Part shown: positions 57,214 to 64,000 of the stretch, piece after piece
How positions within the stretch are numbered: position 1 is the first letter of the stretch
Layout: each line of letters starts with the position of its first letter
Assembly: GCA_963674825.1 (NCBI GenBank)
Contig: OY771587.1
Coordinates: forward strand, 1,984,001-2,048,000
Source: Candidatus Cloacimonadales bacterium
Lineage (GTDB): Bacteria > Cloacimonadota > Cloacimonadia > Cloacimonadales > JAIOQZ01
DNA: 64,000 bases
Direction of reading: 5' to 3'
The notes under the pieces: generated by a model
Seen by the model: the letters and a program-made list of their open reading frames with translations, nothing else
What the model was told of the DNA's origin: nothing
Databases searched by the model: none
Position numbers and translations under genes: made by a program

Positions 57214-58341
57214 TTACAGGTCGTCCGCTGCGTCTACAACGTTCTGGGTGAAGTGGCGATCCTTGCGGTCGAAGAAGACGACCATGGTCAGAGCCAGTAG
57301 GATAATCGCTAACGCGATAGAAGCGACGGTCACATTACGGCGCTTCGATTCGAAGATGGAGCCGTTTCCGACTTGCGGTAGCGGTTCCGGATCGACAGGA
57401 AGGTCGTAGCGTTCAGCGAGCTTGACCATATCGTAGAGGTGAATCACGGGCATGGTTTCTGCGAACTGCGTCATCACGCCGGGTTGATCGAACTCGAGCT
57501 TGACCAGCGACGGATTGACGCCATTGCGAACGATCTTCGCGTTTTCGAGGATACCGACGTTACCGTAGCCGCCACCAATATTGATGAAAGCCGCGTATTT
57601 TTCGCGAGCGGGAAGATAGCGCTGGTAGGCATTCCAGCGTTTCTCGACGACAGATTCGTCGCTATCGCGTGGAACCCAGAGCTCATCCGGGTTCAGGCCG
57701 TTACGGCTGATCGCTTCGCGAATCACCTTACGCCCATATTTACCAACTCCGCCGCCACGGTCTTTATAACCGCCCAAAGAGGCGAGCCGTGACCGGAAGG
57801 AGATCATATTGTTTTTGTAGAGGACATTCTCCATGTCCAGCCATGTGAAGTCGTCGCGATTCGCGCCGAATTCGGCAGAACCAACCGATGTGATGATCAC
57901 CGGACGCAGCCTCATGGTCTCCATGGCTGCGTATAGTGCGAGGTTTGCGCCAGGGTTCGCGCCGGTCAGGCCTACAGCGACTAGGTCGAGCGAATCGACG
58001 TTTGCTTCGCGCAGGAATTCTACCATCAGCGCTGCCATGTTCGGATTGAGCGAGGTGAGGCGCTGCGATAGGGTTCCGTAGCTTGTGGTGATATTCGAGC
58101 TGTCGCGCATGACGCCGATCAGCCCGGTCATGTTGGGATCGTTATTCTCATCGATGATGTGTCCGCGCTGCAGGGACTCCTTTTTCAAGACGTCCATGCA
58201 TTGCTGCATCTTCTCTGCTGCGGCGATCTTGACGGGATCCTGTACAGTCGTGTAGGTGCTCTGGCTGATTAAATAGAGGATCATGGCCAGAATCGCTAAT
58301 CCTATAAGTGACCATATCGAGCGAAGTGATGGACGAAACAT
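57214..58341 (-). CDS. pgsW: Poly-gamma-glutamate system protein
   Basis: DPNMTGLIG..ITTSYG..TSLNPN, SVGSAEFGAN, INIGGG; downstream of pgsBC. Confidence 0.8.
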   Translation of the reverse strand: MFRPSLRSIWSLIGLAILAMILYLISQSTYTTVQDPVKIAAAEKMQQCMDVLKKESLQRGHIIDENNDPNMTGLIGVMRDSSNITTSYGTLSQRLTSLNPNMAALMVEFLREANVDSLDLVAVGLTGANPGANLALYAAMETMRLRPVIITSVGSAEFGANRDDFTWLDMENVLYKNNMISFRSRLASLGGYKDRGGGVGKYGRKVIREAISRNGLNPDELWVPRDSDESVVEKRWNAYQRYLPAREKYAAFINIGGGYGNVGILENAKIVRNGVNPSLVKLEFDQPGVMTQFAETMPVIHLYDMVKLAERYDLPVDPEPLPQVGNGSIFESKRRNVTVASIALAIILLALTMVVFFDRKDRHFTQNVVDAADDL

Positions 58342-58343
58342 GA

Positions 58344-58781
58344 TTAGAACCTCCCCGGGAATATGATCAGAAGAATCAGCCGGACGATAACCGCTGCAAG
58401 GAACATGCTGGAAAGTGTGCGCCAGATGCCCTGACGTTCCATCCAGTTAGCGATCAGACCGGGGATGATATAACCGATCGAGTGGAATTTGAGGTCCATG
58501 GGAGTCAGGTGGAACACCATCGAAGAGAGCCATCCGAAGATAAAGCCGATCAGGATGCTGAGAACCATACGACGTTTTCCATAGAGCAATGTGAATTGTG
58601 AGACCAGCTTGATTACCAGCAGGGTCGCGAAACTTACAACCAGCGTACCGATAATGAATCCGGGTTTATCCAGGTACATGGCAATATAACCCGGTACGAC
58701 AATACCGCCTGCCGATGCGCCCAGCAATTCGCTGAACACGAGGCTGACAATAACTCCTAAACCAACGGCCGCTTCAACCAT
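58344..58781 (-). CDS. pgsC: Poly-gamma-glutamate biosynthesis protein PgsC/CapC
   Basis: GASAGGIVVPGY, LYGKRR, IGYIIPGLIA...RQG. Confidence 0.92.
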   Translation of the reverse strand: MVEAAVGLGVIVSLVFSELLGASAGGIVVPGYIAMYLDKPGFIIGTLVVSFATLLVIKLVSQFTLLYGKRRMVLSILIGFIFGWLSSMVFHLTPMDLKFHSIGYIIPGLIANWMERQGIWRTLSSMFLAAVIVRLILLIIFPGRF

Positions 58782-59955
58782 TGATTCCTCCTTGGGATTT
58801 CATCTTGAAATATTTTACAATCTGAGCGCCGTATTTGATTCGCCCAGCGATGTTTCCAATTGCAAAGATGTGGCATTCCTTCTGCACGAGGGAATGGATC
58901 TTGTTGTAAACGAGTTCGGGATCGTCTTCGCCCATGATGATCAGCTTCTTCTTCGAGATGCCCTTCTCCTTTGCATAGGTTGCAAGCTGGAAAGTACGCT
59001 CACCGGTAAGCACCAGGAAGTCGAAATCGAGTGTTTTGCTGACATCGACAAGCTGTTTGGAGCGGAAGAAGCGATCGCTTCGGGTGTTGAGGATAATAAC
59101 CTTCTCCACCTTCTCGAGCGGTTTGATGATCGAGTTCCAGATCATGACGGTTGAATCTGGATCGTTCGCGGCGAACACGTTGTAGAAAAAGAGTTTCTTG
59201 CCCTTGTTTTCGATGTAATATCGCTTGAGAGCACCCGGGTCAGGACGCGAGGTTTGCATGCCCCTGAGCGCTTTTTCACGCGGTACACCGAGTTTTTTGC
59301 AGACTTCCAGCGCCAGGGTAACGTTCTCTTTGTGCTCGATATAGTTGAAATGGAGCAGTTCTTCGTCGGTTACCTGGTCTTTCGGAACCTGGATCAGTTC
59401 GGTGTTACTCTTGTGGGCATCTTTCTGCATAACCGGGAATTGATCGACCTCGGAAGTGAAGCAGACGCCGTTTTTAGGGAGCGAATTGCACAGACAGTGG
59501 GTAATACTTTCGAGCGTGTCTCCCATAAGATCCATGTGATCCATACGGGAATTGGTGATCACGCCGATAGTCGATTTAACGAACATTTTCTCGGTAACCC
59601 ACTGATAGAGCGGATTGACGGCCATACATTCGATCACGATCACGTCTGGTTTGCGCTGTGCGCTGTACCGGAAGACGTATTTCTGCTCGATGATGTTGGC
59701 GTTGGCAAGGCGTTCGATGGATGCCTCAGTACCGTCTTCGAGGATCATCCGGGGCATGGTGCCGGTTGTTTTTGCGATGGTCTTGAGCCCACCCGCGCGA
59801 AGACCTGCAGCGATCAGACGGGTTACGCTCGATTTCCCGCGCGTTCCATTTACATGGACTCGATTTGGGATTGCCGCGACATTCTGTTTGTGGCGATAAT
59901 ACTCCAAAGCATAATGGGCGACCAGAATTACAGTCACCAGAATCAATATGTACAT
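58774..59955 (-). CDS. pgsB: Poly-gamma-glutamate synthase PgsB/CapB
   Basis: HVNGTRGKSSVTRLI, KTTGT, ECMAV, TN.R.DH.D.MG, FAANDPDST. Confidence 0.95.
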   Translation of the reverse strand: MYILILVTVILVAHYALEYYRHKQNVAAIPNRVHVNGTRGKSSVTRLIAAGLRAGGLKTIAKTTGTMPRMILEDGTEASIERLANANIIEQKYVFRYSAQRKPDVIVIECMAVNPLYQWVTEKMFVKSTIGVITNSRMDHMDLMGDTLESITHCLCNSLPKNGVCFTSEVDQFPVMQKDAHKSNTELIQVPKDQVTDEELLHFNYIEHKENVTLALEVCKKLGVPREKALRGMQTSRPDPGALKRYYIENKGKKLFFYNVFAANDPDSTVMIWNSIIKPLEKVEKVIILNTRSDRFFRSKQLVDVSKTLDFDFLVLTGERTFQLATYAKEKGISKKKLIIMGEDDPELVYNKIHSLVQKECHIFAIGNIAGRIKYGAQIVKYFKMKSQGGING

Positions 59956-60125
59956 TACTACCTCAATCTAGGACAAAGTCTGACTGATTACTGCAAAATG
60001 CATTCCAGTTTTTATATCGCGGCAGGTTCACATGCATGTGAAATTCGTCAATGTTTTATCTTTACATTGATTTTATTTGACCGGCTGAACACGATAACCA
60101 ATTCTGCCCGCGAGGAGTACGTTAC

Positions 60126-61643
60126 ATGCGTCAGAAAGCAATCCTGTTTGCCATCGTGATGATGATGGCAGCCATATCGAGCCAGGCATTTACGCCGGAA
60201 CAAACGCATTTCAAATCGGCCACACTTTATCCGGTTTACCAGAAATGGCTGGAAAATTCTGCTATGTATAACGATACCCCCGCATCACTCGATGCAGAAT
60301 CGATCAAGATGACCTACTACACTAATGATGGAAGACCGGTTCGGGTTGGATTTCTTATCGAACGCGGGATGCTTATCGAATGCACTGAGATTTGGACACA
60401 GCAAGCCGAGAAGAATCCCGGCGACGCTGTTTTGCAGATCATGGGTGGGTTTCTGTTCCGCTTGAACGCAGGCTTTCCCGATACGCTTGAGCGCTTTTCC
60501 GAGCGCAATGATGTCCGGGTGATGGTCAGTGGTGTGACAATAAGCGCTGCGGAGCTTCAGAAACGACTTTCAGGTAACAGATTCTTTCCGCAGTCCATTA
60601 CCTATAATCATGCGAATGGCGAGACTGCCATCTCTATCGACGGAACCATCGATTTCCAGATGGTGATCGGCAAGAAAGCCAGATGGGATACATCAGTAGC
60701 TCAAATTCCCAAGATTCCGGGACGTGAGCCGGCTCCGGAGCCCAGAAAAGCGGTCGTTATCAAGCCGCAGAGGATTACGGAACCTATTGCAGAAGAACCC
60801 AGTGTGAATGTTCCTGAATCTGTTTCCGATGTAGAACCGACCGAATACGAGCCAGAGAAAGAGACAGAACGCTGGAAGCCAAAGGCGTCGCACGAGGTTG
60901 CGACCATGGTGCAACAGTCGGAGCTACCGGATATCCGCACAACGACCTTGCGGGAGATGGTGAAAAATTACTCCGGTCGCATCCTTACGCGTAAGGTGCT
61001 GCAAAATCAAGTGAAAGATCCGCTGGAATTCATTCGCGGCGACTTCCCCGATTACCGTATCGACGTGGAGAACAACCAATACCGTATCCATAGCCAACCC
61101 TATGAGGATAGGCTCTACTCGGAGATAGATGTCTTCTCGACGCAGCTTTCCGACGGATTGCAGATTTCCTCAGGAACGGGCTTTCAAATCGATGGGAAAA
61201 ACATCGTTCTGCCCAGCGGTGAGCGCATTTTTACAAGCAATCTGAGCGATGAGGAAGTCGAACGCATCGCGCCTAATCTGGTTGCGCTCTGCAATCAGCA
61301 TCGGGCACTTGGCAGGCAGTTGATCCACTTTCTGCTGACACCAGACGAGGCCTCGACCACGCTGGTGCTGAAAGGTGAGACGCGCGAAATGTACGAGATG
61401 CACAGCTATTTACAGCTTCTTCTGCTCCTTAACCATTGGTGGCAGGGGCGAACCGTCTATTTCAGTATCACCGAGGTGAAGAAAGTAAACGACTATATCG
61501 AATTACGTGGTAATCTGGTAGCCAGAGCGAATGACAGCGCTGAGGATTTCGATTTTGCCGATGTTCGGTTCCACCTCAATAAGTATTACCGGATTGACCT
61601 CGCGATGATGTTTCTGACTCCCGCTTCAGCCATGAAACAATGA
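60126..61643 (+). CDS. Hypothetical secreted protein with Pro/Glu-rich linker
   Basis: 505-aa ORF, signal peptide, GAGGAG RBS; no recognised motif. Confidence 0.75.
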   Translation: MRQKAILFAIVMMMAAISSQAFTPEQTHFKSATLYPVYQKWLENSAMYNDTPASLDAESIKMTYYTNDGRPVRVGFLIERGMLIECTEIWTQQAEKNPGDAVLQIMGGFLFRLNAGFPDTLERFSERNDVRVMVSGVTISAAELQKRLSGNRFFPQSITYNHANGETAISIDGTIDFQMVIGKKARWDTSVAQIPKIPGREPAPEPRKAVVIKPQRITEPIAEEPSVNVPESVSDVEPTEYEPEKETERWKPKASHEVATMVQQSELPDIRTTTLREMVKNYSGRILTRKVLQNQVKDPLEFIRGDFPDYRIDVENNQYRIHSQPYEDRLYSEIDVFSTQLSDGLQISSGTGFQIDGKNIVLPSGERIFTSNLSDEEVERIAPNLVALCNQHRALGRQLIHFLLTPDEASTTLVLKGETREMYEMHSYLQLLLLLNHWWQGRTVYFSITEVKKVNDYIELRGNLVARANDSAEDFDFADVRFHLNKYYRIDLAMMFLTPASAMKQ

Positions 61644-61740
61644 AATCATCGTTGACAACAGGTGTATAGTTTGGTAACAGATAAGCAGCCCGTAAAGAAT
61701 ACAATCGGGCGTCGAAACGAACGGATGAATTGGAGACAAA

Positions 61741-62490
61741 ATGAAGATATATGAGACACACGCGCATCTGGACTTCGCAGATTTCGATAAAGATCGCGAG
61801 CAGGTGATCAGGAAGTGCTTCGACAGCGGTGTCGAACGCATCATCAATATCGGTATCGACTACGAAACCTCACTGAACAGCGTGAAGCTGGCAGCGAAAT
61901 ACGATAAAATCTACGCAACCGTCGGATTTCACCCGCACGACGCAGATAAATTCGACGAAGTGCAGCTTCTTGAATTACTGCAGAAACCGAAGGTTGTTGG
62001 TATCGGCGAGATCGGACTCGACTACTATCGCATGCACAACACCAAGCCGATCCAGAAAAAGGTCTTCACGCGGCAAGTTGAAATTGCCGTCGAGAAAAAG
62101 CTTCCAATCGTGATTCACGACCGTGACGCGCATGAGGATTGTCTGGATATCCTGGAGAGTTTGAAGCCTGAGAAGGTCGTTTTCCACTGTTTTTCGGGCG
62201 ACGAACTAATCGCAGAGCGTGTACTGGAGAATGGTTGGTTTATCTCCATCACCGGAACGATCACCTTTAAAAACAACATTATGGATGGTGTCGTTGGGAT
62301 GCTTCCCAAAGACCGGTTCTTCATCGAGACGGACTGCCCGTTTCTGGCACCGGTGCCATATCGCGGCAAGAGAAACGCTCCGTATTACCTGCGTCATGTG
62401 ATCGAGAAGATCGCCGAGATCAAACGAGTCTCGCCGAACATGGTCGCGGATGCAAGCTACCAGAACGCAGAGAAGTTCTTCGGTGTCTGA
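61741..62490 (+). CDS. tatD: TatD family hydrolase
   Basis: ETHAHL, GFHPH, IGEIGLDYY, IHDRDA, FHCFSG, ETDCPFL. Confidence 0.93.
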   Translation: MKIYETHAHLDFADFDKDREQVIRKCFDSGVERIINIGIDYETSLNSVKLAAKYDKIYATVGFHPHDADKFDEVQLLELLQKPKVVGIGEIGLDYYRMHNTKPIQKKVFTRQVEIAVEKKLPIVIHDRDAHEDCLDILESLKPEKVVFHCFSGDELIAERVLENGWFISITGTITFKNNIMDGVVGMLPKDRFFIETDCPFLAPVPYRGKRNAPYYLRHVIEKIAEIKRVSPNMVADASYQNAEKFFGV

Positions 62491-62625
62491 TAGGCATCTG
62501 TGTAATATCAGATGCAGGTTTGCGTTAGATTCGTGGTTGTAAAGATAGGCATCTTCCGAATAGGATCTGTCTGGAATAAAGAATGACACATGATGCTTTG
62601 AAGTAATAATTATTGGAGGTAAAGG

Positions 62626-63306
62626 ATGTTCTTCTATGACCCAACCTTTATCCTGATCATACCGGTTCTGATCCTGGCATTCTGGGCGCAATCCCGGGTC
62701 AAGGGAACCTACAGGCAATATGCGAAAGAGCCCAACTCGTTGAACATGACCGGCGGACAGATCGCTCGCAGGATACTGGACAGGAATGGCCTTACCGACG
62801 TCAATGTCATGCCCATTCCGGGTGAATTGACCGATCATTATGATCCGCGCAGCAAAGAGGTGCACCTCTCCGAGGCTGTCTATCACGGCAGATCGGTGTC
62901 ATCTGCAAGCATCGCCGCGCACGAGGTGGGCCACGCCTTGCAGCATGCGAACGGATATGTACCCCTGTCGCTACGTGCCAGTATCCTTCCGGTGGCGAAC
63001 CTCGGTTCCACGGCTGCGTTTCCGCTTTTCCTGCTCGGACTTATCTTTCGAGTTCCCATGCTGATGGACTTGGGCATTGTCTTTTTCGCGGCTGCACTGC
63101 TATTTCATATCGTTACGCTCCCGGTGGAGTTCAACGCTTCGCATCGAGCCATTGTCGAGCTTTCCAATGGCTTGATCATACGTCAGGACGAAATTGCCGG
63201 AAACAAGAAAGTGCTACGAGCCGCGGCGCTGACCTACGTAGCCTCGACGCTCATGGCGCTGGTGCAGCTTATCCGGCTGCTCATCCTGCGCGGAAGTCGG
63301 GATTGA
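62626..63306 (+). CDS. Neutral zinc metallopeptidase (YugP-like)
   Basis: LTDHYDP, AAHEVGHALQH, TLPVEFNAS, AAALTYVA. Confidence 0.92.
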   Translation: MFFYDPTFILIIPVLILAFWAQSRVKGTYRQYAKEPNSLNMTGGQIARRILDRNGLTDVNVMPIPGELTDHYDPRSKEVHLSEAVYHGRSVSSASIAAHEVGHALQHANGYVPLSLRASILPVANLGSTAAFPLFLLGLIFRVPMLMDLGIVFFAAALLFHIVTLPVEFNASHRAIVELSNGLIIRQDEIAGNKKVLRAAALTYVASTLMALVQLIRLLILRGSRD

Positions 63307-63310
63307 TCCG

Positions 63311-63790
63311 ATGACACGTCCCAGGTTTCTTCTGGAAGACCACCTTGGCAAGCTTGCCCGGTGGCTTCGATTTCTTGACTATGATGCCGCTATGTATCAT
63401 GGCGCGAGTTTTACTAATCTTGCGAGATTGGCAGTAAAAGAGCGCCGCATTCTACTCACCCGAAGCGAAAAACACGCGAAATCCGACTGGAAGTTCGGGC
63501 GACAGCGCATTATCGCAGAGGACTATATCGACCAACTCAAGGAATTAAAAGAGCTTATCGAGCTGGACGAAGCGATGGTTGGCAACCGCTGTATGGAATG
63601 CAATCGCACACTCTATCCGATCGATAAGGCTAAAGCGAAGGGCCTGGTTCCGGAATATGTTCTGGAAACGCAGGATCATCTTTTAATATGCCGGAAATGC
63701 GGTCGAGTTTACTGGCGCGGTACTCACTGGGAAAAAATGTTGGTTACGCTTCGGGCTCTGCTGAAGCGGGATACAGCCGAACAAGCATAA
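63311..63790 (+). CDS. Mut7-C RNase (PIN-like + Zn ribbon) protein
   Basis: FLLEDHLGKLARWLR..YD, RILLTR, RC.ECN, C.KCGRVYWRGTH. Confidence 0.88.
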   Translation: MTRPRFLLEDHLGKLARWLRFLDYDAAMYHGASFTNLARLAVKERRILLTRSEKHAKSDWKFGRQRIIAEDYIDQLKELKELIELDEAMVGNRCMECNRTLYPIDKAKAKGLVPEYVLETQDHLLICRKCGRVYWRGTHWEKMLVTLRALLKRDTAEQA

Positions 63791-64000
63791 AAAAAACAAT
63801 AAACCTTTTGACAAAATCCATGAAGGGGCAAATTATCGCGAAGTGTGCTGATTTCTTAACTGACTGCATTGCAATGGGATAGACATAACTTACTGGTAAT
63901 TGGCAAGTTGTGAGCCACACCGTTTAATACGTTGTAATACAATTGGTTATGAAAATAACACAGATTTAACGCGCGATCCCCACTTCGCGTAACGTTCACT

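Noticed and set aside
59254..60159. Long antisense ORFs (also 21602-22501, 14156-14914, 42252-42893, 62206-62886)
   Set aside because: Shadow frames of well-supported genes on the opposite strand, with no motifs.

Overview
Bacterial chromosomal window, probably Cloacimonadota or a related FCB lineage. This is inferred from five secreted proteins ending in a PNPFNP...LLLK FlgD-Ig/T9SS-A-like C-terminal domain (CTD) and a C25 gingipain-like protein. The left part (about 4.7-18.7 kb) is a defence island containing: a Shango-like TerB/ATPase/helicase operon, a decayed AAA+/VWA remnant, and a complete type II-C CRISPR-Cas9 locus (tracrRNA, 1025-aa Cas9, cas1, an extended cas2, 31 repeats/30 spacers). 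The island ends at a tRNA-3'-like fragment next to rlmH. The rest is mostly housekeeping: ptb, a sigma70, an hspR-like regulator, LysM-M23, acyP, smpB, pyrB-C-K-D-R-F, transketolase, an SSS transporter, pgsB-C-W and tatD. AT-rich accessory inserts (BglII-like REase + MT-A70 MTase; DUF2971) sit right after CTD genes. The most notable non-obvious element is the pyrB leader, where a PyrR-binding hairpin overlaps the RBS of a 7-codon leader peptide followed by an anti-SD for pyrB. All calls come from motif reading by eye; no database searches were run.
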